Positions 10,043 through 19,774 of a stretch of 64,000 bases of DNA are shown here, in pieces. How positions within the stretch are numbered: the first letter of the stretch is position 1; each line of letters begins with the position of its first letter. Source of the DNA: an uncultured Gammaproteobacteria bacterium (GTDB lineage Bacteria; Patescibacteriota; Microgenomatia; Levybacterales; GWA1-39-11); assembly GCA_964640435.1 (NCBI GenBank), contig CAZXFJ010000001.1, forward strand, positions 64,542 through 128,541. The letters run 5' to 3'. Below the pieces are notes generated by a model. That model was given only the letters and a program-made list of their open reading frames with translations. It was not told where the DNA came from and did no database searches. The position numbers and the translations under genes are program-made.

Positions 10043-11551
10043 TTAGTTACTTATTTTTACTTTTTCGCCTTCTATGACATTTCTATCCAAAATTACTGAA
10101 TCCTGTGAACCAAGTCCAGCAGTAATAGCTACGTTTGATCCAACTATATCTCCTAGTTCGACTTTTTTAGCAACAACTTTTCCATTTTTAGCAACGTATG
10201 TATAAGCTCCCTCTTGGGTTTGGAAAACAATATCTATAGGAAGGTATGGAATAGTTGATACTGAATCAGCGTTTCCTATTGGTATTTCTACCTTTATATA
10301 CTGACCATCTGTTACTGATGAATAGAGCGTATCAGGGAGAGCATAAATAACTGAATTTAAGGGTCCGTCAGTTGCTTCATTTGATACAAATTCAGGCATA
10401 ATATTGTACTTTTTACCTTTTATATAAAAAGTGCTTTCTTCAATTCGTGAAACTTTACCAGCTGTTTCGTAGGGAACTGTAACGGTAGCTGTTGCTGCTT
10501 GATTATTGCTCGATATTGTTACAAGTGGAGTACCTGGATTTACGGCTTGGCCATAGCTTACATGTACTTTTTCTACAACCCCATCAAATGGTGCTGCTGG
10601 ATACATTGTTGCTTCGGAAATCTGAGCAAGCTGAAGTTGAAGCTTGCTTATTTCAAGACCCATTCTTAAAGCTTTTTCTTGTACATCAAGCTGTTTAAGT
10701 GTTAAGTCGTGAGCTAAATCAGCAAGCCTCGTAGGAGGATTATTTGTATCTGCCGCAAATCTTGCTTGGCGTTGAGCTGCTTCAAGTTGTGCTTGTCCTG
10801 CTCTATATTGAGCAATTTGTTGTCTTAATCCAAGAATTTGATCAGGAGCTCCTCCACTGGATTCAAGAGCTGATAAACTTGTTTCAAGACTTACAATAAT
10901 TGAAGCATTTAAATCAATAACTCGTCTTGTATCTGTAATTGATTGTTCAGTAATTTGTCTTTGTTCATCAGCGCTCTCTCTTGATTGGTCAGCGATTTCT
11001 CTTTGGTTTCCTATTATTCCCTTCTGAGTATCAAAAGTATCTTTTGTATTCATGTACTGAGTTGCAGCAATCTCCCGAGATACACTTAATGCATTTCCTC
11101 CTTGGTAATTACTTGAAAGACTTACTAAGTTTTGACCGCGTGTAACAACCTGTCCTTCTACAACATTAATTCCTGAAACAATACCAGGAGTCTGTGCAAC
11201 TATTTGAATAACACCCTTTTTATCAATCTTTGCACTGAAAGTCGCACGAGGAGCTTTTCCAATTTGGTAAATAGCAACTTCTTTTGCGGCAGAGGCAGTA
11301 TTTGCTTCTTTTGGTTTTGGAGTAAGAATAGTATTTAAAATCATCACTAAAAGAAGTATGACAAGAGCAATGAAAAAACTCGCCATTGGGCGACGCTTAA
11401 TGTATTTAGTTGTTTTTGTTGTTAGACTTTTTCGTCTTTCTCCAAATCTAAGATCAGAAAACTTTGAAGATATTGAGTTTTTAACACGTGAAAAAAAAGT
11501 ACCTTTAGTACCACGAGAGGAGCTTCTTGATCGATTAATTCTTCTGGCCAT
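10043..11551 (-). CDS. RND efflux periplasmic adaptor (HlyD/membrane-fusion protein) with long coiled coil. True start may be internal at the MASFFIALV... TM anchor.
   Basis: TM anchor, long Q/A-rich coiled coil, and C-terminal beta-barrel/MP domains. Followed 1 nt later by the RND pump gene on the same strand. Confidence 0.7.
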   Translation of the reverse strand: MARRINRSRSSSRGTKGTFFSRVKNSISSKFSDLRFGERRKSLTTKTTKYIKRRPMASFFIALVILLLVMILNTILTPKPKEANTASAAKEVAIYQIGKAPRATFSAKIDKKGVIQIVAQTPGIVSGINVVEGQVVTRGQNLVSLSSNYQGGNALSVSREIAATQYMNTKDTFDTQKGIIGNQREIADQSRESADEQRQITEQSITDTRRVIDLNASIIVSLETSLSALESSGGAPDQILGLRQQIAQYRAGQAQLEAAQRQARFAADTNNPPTRLADLAHDLTLKQLDVQEKALRMGLEISKLQLQLAQISEATMYPAAPFDGVVEKVHVSYGQAVNPGTPLVTISSNNQAATATVTVPYETAGKVSRIEESTFYIKGKKYNIMPEFVSNEATDGPLNSVIYALPDTLYSSVTDGQYIKVEIPIGNADSVSTIPYLPIDIVFQTQEGAYTYVAKNGKVVAKKVELGDIVGSNVAITAGLGSQDSVILDRNVIEGEKVKISN

Positions 11552-11677
11552 TGAAAGGTTACCTAGAGGGAAATGATGGACAGTTCAAGTGGGCAGCCTG
11601 AGTAACTATAAGATTGTACGTTACGTGTACTGAAATGTCAAGAAATGATTGCAATTTAACATGCTATAATAGTACGC

Positions 11678-13471
11678 ATGACAGCTTCCCAAATTCTTGA
11701 AAAGTACATTAAGTTTTATGAAGAAAGAGGGCATAAAAGGATACCTAGTTCTTCTCTTGTCCCCCTTAATGACCCATCAACTTTATTTACATCATCCGGA
11801 ATGCAGCCATTAGTGCCATATTTATTAGGAGAAACACATCCTCAAGGTAAAAGACTGGTTAATTCGCAAAATTCATTCAGAGCTCAGGATATTGATGAGA
11901 TAGGGGATAGTCGTCATACAACTTTTTTTAGAATGCTAGGAAACTGGTCACTGGGTGATTACTTCAAAAAAGAACAGATTCCATGGGTTTTTGAACTTTT
12001 AACCAAAGAGTTAAATATTAATCCAGAAAAATTATACGTCACTGTTTTTGAAGGATATGGCGAAATTGAGCGTGATTTTGAAGCAGCAGATATTTGGAAA
12101 GAACTTTTTGCATCAGTTGGTTTAAGCGGAGAAGAGCGAATTTTCTACTATGGAGTTGAAAAAAATTGGTGGTCAAGATCTGGGGTTCCAGACAAAATGC
12201 CAGTTGGTGAACCTGGCGGACCTGATTCAGAAGTTTTTTTTGAGTTTGATGTAGAGCATGACAGACAATTTGGTGACAAGTGTCATGTAAATTGTGACTG
12301 CGGAAAATATGTAGAAATTGGGAATTCTGTTTTTATGCAATACAAAAAAAATACAGATGGTTTTGAAGAATTACCTCAGAAAAATGTTGATTTTGGTGGA
12401 GGGCTTGAGAGATTGGTAATGGCAACTGAAAGTAAGCAAGATATTTTTGAAACATCACTTTTTTTTCCAATTATTGAGACAATCTCAAATACAACTGCAA
12501 AGAAATACGAAGAAAATAAGCGAGAAATGAGAATTGTTGCAGATCATTTAATTTCTAGTGCTTTTATCACTGCAAATGGTGTTCGACCTGCGAATAAAGA
12601 GCAAGGGTATATCCTTAGGCGACTACTTCGTCGTGCTTTTGATAACTTTTATGCGCTTAATGGCGACACAATAGTTCCGATTATTGAAAAAATTGTTGAT
12701 CAATACAAAGAAACTGATGAATATTTATTAGAAAAATATGAAGAAATAAAGAATGTAATTCTCGAAGAAGAACAGAAATATAAGAATACTCTTTCAGAAG
12801 CAAAGAAGTTTATTTCCAAAAGATACAAAAGAACAGGTGATGAATTAATGGGTGTAACTGAAATATCAGCAGATGATGCATTTATTCTTTATACGACTCA
12901 TGGTCTTTCGCCAACTCAAATTAAAAGTCTTGGTTTTCAATTTGATGATCAAAAATTTGCAGAAAAAATGGAAGAGCATCAGAGTTTATCTCGAAAAGGC
13001 GCAGAGCATAAATTTGCTGGTGGACTAGCAGATCATGAGGAACTAACAATTAAAGGGCATACCGCAACTCACCTTTTACAGCAAGCACTACGTGATGTTT
13101 TAGGTGATCAAATTCACCAAACAGGATCAAATATTACAACGGAAAGATTAAGATTTGATTTTAATCTTGATAGAAAATTGACCGAAGAAGAAATTGAAAA
13201 GGTGGAAAAAATAGTTCGGGAAAAGATAGAAGAAAATCTTCCAGTTCGTTTTGAGATTATGCCAATAGAGAAAGCTCGTAAAACTGGTGCGATTGGTCTT
13301 TTTGATGATAAATACAATAAAGACGTAAAAGTATATTTTATAGGTGATTATTCGAAAGAATTGTGCGGAGGTCCTCATGTCGATTTTACAGGAGAGATTA
13401 AAAGTTTTAAAATAATTAAAGAAGAGAGCCTTGGTAAAACCAACAGGCGTATTTATGCTGTTGTAGAGTAG
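11678..13471 (+). CDS. alaS: Alanine--tRNA ligase, short form (catalytic + tRNA-recognition + editing core, no C-Ala domain)
   Basis: N-terminal AlaRS class II motifs (FTSSGMQP, WSLGDY). Editing-domain Zn motifs HTATHLL and CGGPHV. Only 597 aa. Confidence 0.85.
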   Translation: MTASQILEKYIKFYEERGHKRIPSSSLVPLNDPSTLFTSSGMQPLVPYLLGETHPQGKRLVNSQNSFRAQDIDEIGDSRHTTFFRMLGNWSLGDYFKKEQIPWVFELLTKELNINPEKLYVTVFEGYGEIERDFEAADIWKELFASVGLSGEERIFYYGVEKNWWSRSGVPDKMPVGEPGGPDSEVFFEFDVEHDRQFGDKCHVNCDCGKYVEIGNSVFMQYKKNTDGFEELPQKNVDFGGGLERLVMATESKQDIFETSLFFPIIETISNTTAKKYEENKREMRIVADHLISSAFITANGVRPANKEQGYILRRLLRRAFDNFYALNGDTIVPIIEKIVDQYKETDEYLLEKYEEIKNVILEEEQKYKNTLSEAKKFISKRYKRTGDELMGVTEISADDAFILYTTHGLSPTQIKSLGFQFDDQKFAEKMEEHQSLSRKGAEHKFAGGLADHEELTIKGHTATHLLQQALRDVLGDQIHQTGSNITTERLRFDFNLDRKLTEEEIEKVEKIVREKIEENLPVRFEIMPIEKARKTGAIGLFDDKYNKDVKVYFIGDYSKELCGGPHVDFTGEIKSFKIIKEESLGKTNRRIYAVVE

Positions 13472-13482
13472 GGCTAAATTTT

Positions 13483-15819
13483 ATGAATCTGCCTTTTTTA
13501 AAAAGCGAAAAGCCGCAAAAAAATTTCTTTTTATCTCTGTTGTACAAGCCATATAAGGTAAGTGCGATTTTATTTGAAGAGATAAATTCAAAACTTTTTA
13601 TTCTTTCCACTTCTGATCAAGATACTACGAAAAGTGCCGATGAGTTAACAGCTGATGAATTACTAAATATTTCAGATAAAGTTGTTAGTAGTGTTGAGCC
13701 AAGTCTTCCAGAAGGTGCAACAGTTGAAAAAACTATTTTTTCTGTTCCTTACGAGTGGGTTACGGATGGAAAAATTAGCGCTGAGTATCTTGAGAAGTTA
13801 AAAAAAGTTTGTCAGGATTTAGGACTTATTCCTGTGGGGTATTTAATTTCAATTGAAGCAATTATTTCCCATCTTGAGCATAAAGAGGGAGCCCCTGTTT
13901 CGGCTATTTTTGTTGAGGTTGCGGTCAAGAAAATGATTGTATATCTTGTCCGTGCTGGGAAAATCTTAGAGGTACATTCGGCTGACATTGAAAAAGGGGC
14001 ACTTCCCACAGCAGAATCCTTATTAAAACAAATAAATACCGTAGATGTTTTGCCTTCAAGAATTATTTTGCTGGATTATAAAAATGCAGCAGCAATGCAA
14101 CAGGACTTCATATCGCATACCTGGTCCAGTGATATTTCATTTCTTCATTTACCTCAGGTATTAGTTCTTGAAAAAGGTTTTGAGGACGAAGCGGCAGTTA
14201 ATGGGGTAGCTATACAAATGGACCTTGAGGTCTTACATGATACTTCCGCACTTAGGAAAGTAGAGAGCGAAAACATAAGTATCGGGGATAAAAAAGACAT
14301 TGAAGAACCTTTTGAAAAAGAAGAGGTTACTGAGGAAATTGAAGAGGCTTCAGCTGAAGAACTTGGTTTTGTTAAAGAGAGGGATGTCGCTGATGAAGAG
14401 ATAAAGATGGAAGAGGCTGAAGCTACTGGTGATGGGATTTCTGATGATGGCGAGCCTGTAATTCGAGAGGCAGGAAAAATAAACGAAGAGTCGAATATTT
14501 CTATAATTGAACCAAATGATCCCCCTGAATCTCAGGATTTTGATCCAGAAACAAAAAATGTTGCCGCAGGTATACCAATACTTTCATCATTACCCATGTT
14601 GTCAAATTTTTCTTTTCCAAGCACAATAAGAGAGATACAGAGGAAAATTAAAATACCTAATTTAAAATCTTTTTTTGCTGGAGGAAACAATTCGATGAAA
14701 ATAAAAGCTGCGATTGCATTAGGTGTAGTAATAGTTGCAATAGTTATTATCTCCGTTCTTTATTACAACGTAATTCTAAAAGCTGAAGTTTCTGTTTTTT
14801 CTGATAGAAAAACAGTAGATAAAAGTCAGGAAGTAACTTTTTCAGAAAACCCTTCTGACTCAAGCTCAATAAAAATAACTCTGAAAGAGCAAACAGAGAA
14901 AGGTGATGATACGAAGAATGCTAGTGGAACGAAAGATACTGGGGAGACAGCAAAGGGGAGTATTGTGGTTTATAACAAGACAGAAAGTGAGAAATCATTT
15001 CCTAAAGGAACTGTGATAGTTGGCCCAAATAGTCTTGAATTTGAAACTCAAAGTGACATTAAAATTGCCTCAACCAGTGCATTCTCAACAAGTCTTTCAT
15101 CGGCAAGTGTTAAGGTCGAGGCATCAAAGTTCGGTAAAGAATATAATCTTCCTTCAGGATCTAATTTCACAATTAAAGGTTCATCCTCAAGTAACTATAT
15201 TGCTAAAAATTCAGAAGCCTTGACTGGTGGTACTAAGAAAACAACCACTGTTGTTTCGCAAAAAGATTTAGATCAACTACTAACGCAAGTTGAAGAAAAG
15301 CTTGAGAAGAATGCGATTGAGGCAGTTAAACAGCAAATAGGTTCATCGGGGGATGTAATTCCTCAAGCACTTTCTGTTGACGTTGTTGAGAAAAACTACA
15401 CTAAAAAAGTTGGAGCAGAGAGTGGAAGTGTTGGGATTTCTGCCGAGGTTAGATATTCCATAGGAAGTTATAGTCGGGATGATATTCAAAAAGTTGTTGA
15501 TTCATTGTCTTCAGGAGATATACCTGGAACATATAAGATTAATATGGATAATTCAAAAATTGAAGTGGTCGATGTAAAAGTAGATAATGACAATAATGCC
15601 TCAGCAACTCTTAAGGTCAATGCAACTTACGAGCCGGAAATTGATAGTGCAAAATTGGCAACAGAGCTTAAAGGAAACGGTGAATCAAAAGCTATCGAAA
15701 AAATAAAAAGTATAAATGGGGTTACAGATGTTGTCATAAAGTTTTCAAGAAAAATTCCATTCTTCCCTAATATGCTGCCTGCTAATAGTAAAAACATAGA
15801 CGTACAGGTTAAGAAATAA
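13483..15819 (+). CDS. Hypothetical bitopic protein: N-terminal FtsA/PilM-like (actin-fold/SHS2-like) cytoplasmic region, acidic linker, central TM helix, Ser/Thr-rich extracytoplasmic domain
   Basis: N-terminal pattern resembles FtsA/PilM domain 1C/2A, but the glycine-rich ATP loop is degenerate. Single TM (AAIALGVVIVAIVIISVLYY) near residue 410. S/T-rich C-terminal half. Confidence 0.4.
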   Translation: MNLPFLKSEKPQKNFFLSLLYKPYKVSAILFEEINSKLFILSTSDQDTTKSADELTADELLNISDKVVSSVEPSLPEGATVEKTIFSVPYEWVTDGKISAEYLEKLKKVCQDLGLIPVGYLISIEAIISHLEHKEGAPVSAIFVEVAVKKMIVYLVRAGKILEVHSADIEKGALPTAESLLKQINTVDVLPSRIILLDYKNAAAMQQDFISHTWSSDISFLHLPQVLVLEKGFEDEAAVNGVAIQMDLEVLHDTSALRKVESENISIGDKKDIEEPFEKEEVTEEIEEASAEELGFVKERDVADEEIKMEEAEATGDGISDDGEPVIREAGKINEESNISIIEPNDPPESQDFDPETKNVAAGIPILSSLPMLSNFSFPSTIREIQRKIKIPNLKSFFAGGNNSMKIKAAIALGVVIVAIVIISVLYYNVILKAEVSVFSDRKTVDKSQEVTFSENPSDSSSIKITLKEQTEKGDDTKNASGTKDTGETAKGSIVVYNKTESEKSFPKGTVIVGPNSLEFETQSDIKIASTSAFSTSLSSASVKVEASKFGKEYNLPSGSNFTIKGSSSSNYIAKNSEALTGGTKKTTTVVSQKDLDQLLTQVEEKLEKNAIEAVKQQIGSSGDVIPQALSVDVVEKNYTKKVGAESGSVGISAEVRYSIGSYSRDDIQKVVDSLSSGDIPGTYKINMDNSKIEVVDVKVDNDNNASATLKVNATYEPEIDSAKLATELKGNGESKAIEKIKSINGVTDVVIKFSRKIPFFPNMLPANSKNIDVQVKK

Positions 15820-15820
15820 A

Positions 15821-16540
15821 ATGACTTATTATGAAAAAGGCGCAAAAGCGAGCCGAAAAAAATACGTTAAAATCCTTGGTAGTTTTTTTATAATTTTTGG
15901 AATCCTATTTTTTGGGTATTTTTTCTTTCCACTACTTTCCTACCAAGTTTTTTTAGCTAATGCATCAGAAGGGGATATTGAAGTTCCAATTCCTAAATAT
16001 CTAGTTGCAAAGAAAACGGGTAATATTTCAGATCTTATTTCAGAAAGAATTACATCGCTTACGACAAATTTTAATGATGCTCGTAATTGGTATCCAGATG
16101 TTCAAATTGCAAAACAAGAAGAAAGAAAAGTCGATAAGTATTCTCTATCCATACCAAAGTTAAAAATAGAAAATGCAGAAGTATCAACAACTGATTATGA
16201 TTTAGCAAATCATCTAGTTCAATACTTTGGCACAGCGATACCAGGTGAACCAGGTACAGCAATTATTTTTGGTCATTCAACAATTCCTGCCTGGTTTGAT
16301 CCTAAAAATTACAAAACAATTTTTGCAACATTGCACACTCTTAAGGTGGGTGATGAGTTTCAGGCGACAGTTGATGGAAAAACATATAACTATAAAATCT
16401 TCTCCATTGAAATTACAACACCAGAAGATACTAATATGTTTTCTCAGAGCTTTGATCATTCATACATAACAATTGTCACATGTACACCACCTGGAACTAT
16501 CTGGAAAAGACTTGTTGTGAGAGCAGCAATGGAAGAATAA
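15821..16540 (+). CDS. Sortase-family transpeptidase
   Basis: N-terminal TM anchor. Catalytic triad context IFGHS ... TIVTCTP ... KRLVVRA. Start is 2 nt after the upstream stop. Confidence 0.8.
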   Translation: MTYYEKGAKASRKKYVKILGSFFIIFGILFFGYFFFPLLSYQVFLANASEGDIEVPIPKYLVAKKTGNISDLISERITSLTTNFNDARNWYPDVQIAKQEERKVDKYSLSIPKLKIENAEVSTTDYDLANHLVQYFGTAIPGEPGTAIIFGHSTIPAWFDPKNYKTIFATLHTLKVGDEFQATVDGKTYNYKIFSIEITTPEDTNMFSQSFDHSYITIVTCTPPGTIWKRLVVRAAMEE

Positions 16541-16541
16541 A

Positions 16542-16757
16542 ATGGAAAACCAAGCACAAAATACTGATTTTGGAATGAATCAAGAGGATATTAAGAACTA
16601 TAAATTAAAAAGCTTTTGGAATACAATTAAATATTACTTGGCAAAAATAGAGCCAGCATTTGTAAAAATATTTCAAACAATATTGTACTGGACTATTAAA
16701 TTCTCGAAAGCATTTTTTAGTGGACTATTTCGTATGATTTTAGGAAAGGAAGTTTAA
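16542..16757 (+). CDS. Small hypothetical protein (71 aa), amphipathic/hydrophobic C-terminus
   Basis: ORF tightly packed between the sortase gene and the phosphorylase gene (TAATG overlap). No recognisable family. Confidence 0.3.
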   Translation: MENQAQNTDFGMNQEDIKNYKLKSFWNTIKYYLAKIEPAFVKIFQTILYWTIKFSKAFFSGLFRMILGKEV

Positions 16758-18028
16758 TGGAAGAACAAAATCTCGCTCTTGAAGCAATAAGAAAAAAGCT
16801 TGTAGGAAAAGAACTCTCATATAGAGAGATATATGCAATCATGGATCAGATTGCTCAGGAAAAACTTGGTGATGTTTTAACGACGTACTTTGTTGCGTCA
16901 GGTTATTCAGAAGGTTTTTCAGATGATGAGCTTTATTACCTAACAAAAGCCATGGTTGAAACAGGCGAGCATTTGGATTTTAGAGGAGTTGTTGCAGATA
17001 AGCATTCTATAGGTGGGGTACCAGGAACACGAGTGACAATGATATTAGTTCCTATAATTGCTGCTGCTGGATTTAAAATTCCAAAAAGCTCATCTCGTGC
17101 AATAACTACTCCGGCAGGAACTGCTGATGCAATGGAGGTTTTAGCTCCTGTAACATTCACTAAGGATCAGATATACAAAATTGTAGAAGAAACTAATGCG
17201 TGTATTGTATGGGGAGGGAGTTTTAAAATTGCTCCAGCGGATGATGAGATTATTAAAATTGAAGAACCGCTTGTTTTCGAGTCTTACGACAAAATTGTTG
17301 TTTCAGTAATGGCCAAAAAGGTTGCTTTTGGAGCAACTCATGTAATTATTGATTTGCCATATGGTAGAACTGCAAAAATCCATCGAACAGAAGAGGCAGA
17401 GGTATTAAAGAAAAAATTTGAATTTCTAGGGAAAAAATTTGGAGTTAAGATCAAGGCATCAATTCATAGAATTGAAGAGCCAGCAGGTGTTGGTATTGGT
17501 CCATTATTTGAGGCACGTGATTCATTGAAAGTTTTAGAACAAGTTGAGGATAGGCCAATAGATCTTGAAAATTTGGCTATTAAAACTGCTGCCGAGCTTT
17601 TAGAGCTGTGTCTTTCGGATGCAAATCAAGAAATAAAAAAAGAGGCAGAAAAATATGAAAATACCTTGGAGTGGGCGAGAGATATTTTGGTTTCGGGTAG
17701 GGCACATAAAAAAATGATGGACATAATAAAAGCACAAGGTGGAAAAAAGATTTCTTCAAAGGATTTAATTGGAGGAAAAAAGAGACTTATTATAAAAGCA
17801 GAAAAGAACGGAACAGTAAAGAAAGTTTCAAGTAAAAATATTACTCTACTTGCAAAACTTCTGGGTGCACCAGAGGATAAGGATGCTGGAATGGTCCTTC
17901 AGAAGAGAATTGGAGATAAGGTAGAGAAGGATGAAGAATTAGTCACTTTTCACACGGATTCAGCATATAGGTTAAAAGAGGCAACAGATTCTTACGATCT
18001 GTTCCCAATCTATGAAATTGAGAAGTAA
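16757..18028 (+). CDS. Nucleoside phosphorylase of the thymidine/AMP phosphorylase family (glycosyltransferase family 3)
   Basis: Signature DKHSIGGVPG. Overall collinearity with DeoA-type pyrimidine-nucleoside phosphorylases (about 420 aa). Confidence 0.75.
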   Translation: MEEQNLALEAIRKKLVGKELSYREIYAIMDQIAQEKLGDVLTTYFVASGYSEGFSDDELYYLTKAMVETGEHLDFRGVVADKHSIGGVPGTRVTMILVPIIAAAGFKIPKSSSRAITTPAGTADAMEVLAPVTFTKDQIYKIVEETNACIVWGGSFKIAPADDEIIKIEEPLVFESYDKIVVSVMAKKVAFGATHVIIDLPYGRTAKIHRTEEAEVLKKKFEFLGKKFGVKIKASIHRIEEPAGVGIGPLFEARDSLKVLEQVEDRPIDLENLAIKTAAELLELCLSDANQEIKKEAEKYENTLEWARDILVSGRAHKKMMDIIKAQGGKKISSKDLIGGKKRLIIKAEKNGTVKKVSSKNITLLAKLLGAPEDKDAGMVLQKRIGDKVEKDEELVTFHTDSAYRLKEATDSYDLFPIYEIEK

Positions 18029-19742
18029 CTCAGTTATCAAGAACTGGGTGTTTATTCTTTTCTTCCTTAACTTAATACTTTTTTTTATTTTTCTCATTAC
18101 CCAACACTTTCCCTTTTATGCAGTTTTTGCAAATATAGTTAGTATTTTTGCTATTACAATTTGGTCTTTAAATTTTCACAGGATTTATAACTATATTAAA
18201 AAAAATCCATTGGATTTAGTTTTATTTTTAATACTATTTTTCACAGCGTTTTTTATATATCAATATAAATTAGATATTGTTACCCCAGGAATTCAAAGTG
18301 ATGAAATTTCAATAATTGAAGCATCTGAGAAAGTGTCAGAGTTGTCAGAATTTATTCCATTTATAAATATAAATTATGGTCACCCCACTCCCCTTTTGTA
18401 TTTAACATCTGTTGCTATTGATCTATTTGGTAGAGAACCATTTGCAGGTCGTCTTCAAGGAATTATATTTGGTGCAGCATCGGTTGCCGTATTTTTTGTT
18501 CTCTTGAGAATATTCTTCTCAAGAAGTATATCTTTTGCAACATCACTATTGATGATGTTCGCATATCCATTAATCGTTCTATCTCGTTTAGCTTATGAGA
18601 TTACTCCTTCACTATTTTTTCAGATCGTTACAGTTATTTTTCTGTACTTATCTTTAAAGAGTCGTGATGTTCGTTATTTTTCAGCAGTTGGTATTTTTCT
18701 GGGGATGGGATTATTTACTTATGTAGGTTTTAGAACTTTTGCAGTATTAATTTTGTTACTTGCTGGATACTTTATATTTATAAAAACAAAAGATCATAAA
18801 AAAAGCAGCAAAGAGGCATTATTTGTAATCGCACCTCTTTTTATAGTTGCCTCTACTCTTGTTGCTTATAGCGTTGGACATTTTGGAGAAATCATGGAGA
18901 GATCAAGAGTATTATCAATATTTGGTCAAAGTCTTACAGTAGTAGAGATAGTAAAAGAATTGGGTGGAAATATCGCAAGACTTTCTTATATTTTCTTTTT
19001 TGAAGGCGATCCTAACTTAAAACAAAACCCAGTTGGAAGAAGCATTTTTGATATTGGAACATTTTTATTATTTGTAACTGGTTTGTTTTATTTATTTAAA
19101 GTCAAGAAATGGGTTTTATTATTACTTCTTATTTTCTTTATTCCTCCACTCATTAATGATTTCTTATCTCTTGAACGAATTCCAGAATTTCATTATTACG
19201 GAATTGGTCATCCAAGCACTTTAAGAATCGCAGGAATTATTCCCCCGGTGTTTTTTGCTGTTGCAGTAGCGCTGAATGGATTAAAAAAACAATTTGCAAA
19301 AATCAATGAGGGTATGGATATGATCTTAGTCCCATTAATATTAATTGTTATTATTTTCTACAATTGGGTCTCATACTTTAATCAACCTTTTAATATTTAT
19401 GATTATAAATTCAACGGTGCAATTGCGATGAATATAGTTCGTGAGATGAATTTAAGTAATGCAAAAAAAATCTGTGTTTCACCTCTTTATTTAGAAGATT
19501 ACCGTTTAAGATATTTTGCAAATAAGGATAAGGAAATAACAGAATTTTCTCCAAAGAGCGATGAAGAGATAATTAATCAAATAAATAAAAGTGATATGTG
19601 TTTTGTAGCAAGTGGAACATCGAATAAGAGCACTGTTGAAAGTCTGCAAAATTATATTCTTTCAAACCCAAATTCTAATTTTTCAATGTATGAATTGAAA
19701 AATCATTGGGGCTATATAGATGGTCTTGTCATAACTAAATAA
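18012..19742 (+). CDS. GT-C type polytopic membrane glycosyltransferase (ArnT/PMT-like)
   Basis: About 12 TM helices. First extracytoplasmic loop carries a DE motif (QSDEISIIE). Large C-terminal extracytoplasmic domain. Confidence 0.5.
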   Translation: MKLRSNSVIKNWVFILFFLNLILFFIFLITQHFPFYAVFANIVSIFAITIWSLNFHRIYNYIKKNPLDLVLFLILFFTAFFIYQYKLDIVTPGIQSDEISIIEASEKVSELSEFIPFININYGHPTPLLYLTSVAIDLFGREPFAGRLQGIIFGAASVAVFFVLLRIFFSRSISFATSLLMMFAYPLIVLSRLAYEITPSLFFQIVTVIFLYLSLKSRDVRYFSAVGIFLGMGLFTYVGFRTFAVLILLLAGYFIFIKTKDHKKSSKEALFVIAPLFIVASTLVAYSVGHFGEIMERSRVLSIFGQSLTVVEIVKELGGNIARLSYIFFFEGDPNLKQNPVGRSIFDIGTFLLFVTGLFYLFKVKKWVLLLLLIFFIPPLINDFLSLERIPEFHYYGIGHPSTLRIAGIIPPVFFAVAVALNGLKKQFAKINEGMDMILVPLILIVIIFYNWVSYFNQPFNIYDYKFNGAIAMNIVREMNLSNAKKICVSPLYLEDYRLRYFANKDKEITEFSPKSDEEIINQINKSDMCFVASGTSNKSTVESLQNYILSNPNSNFSMYELKNHWGYIDGLVITK

Positions 19743-19774
19743 TATTTTTTAAATATGGTAAAATAGCATTACAG

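Noticed and set aside
11552-11677. Possible T-box riboswitch upstream of alaS
   Set aside because: The intergenic region is only 126 nt, with the -10 element about 10 nt from the ATG. That is too short for a T-box (200-300 nt). No specifier/T-box consensus was seen.
15780-15819. LPANS near the C-terminus of the 778-aa protein as a sortase sorting signal
   Set aside because: It is not followed by a hydrophobic segment and positively charged tail, and the motif differs from LPxTG/LAxTG. It is unlikely to be a canonical cell-wall sorting signal.
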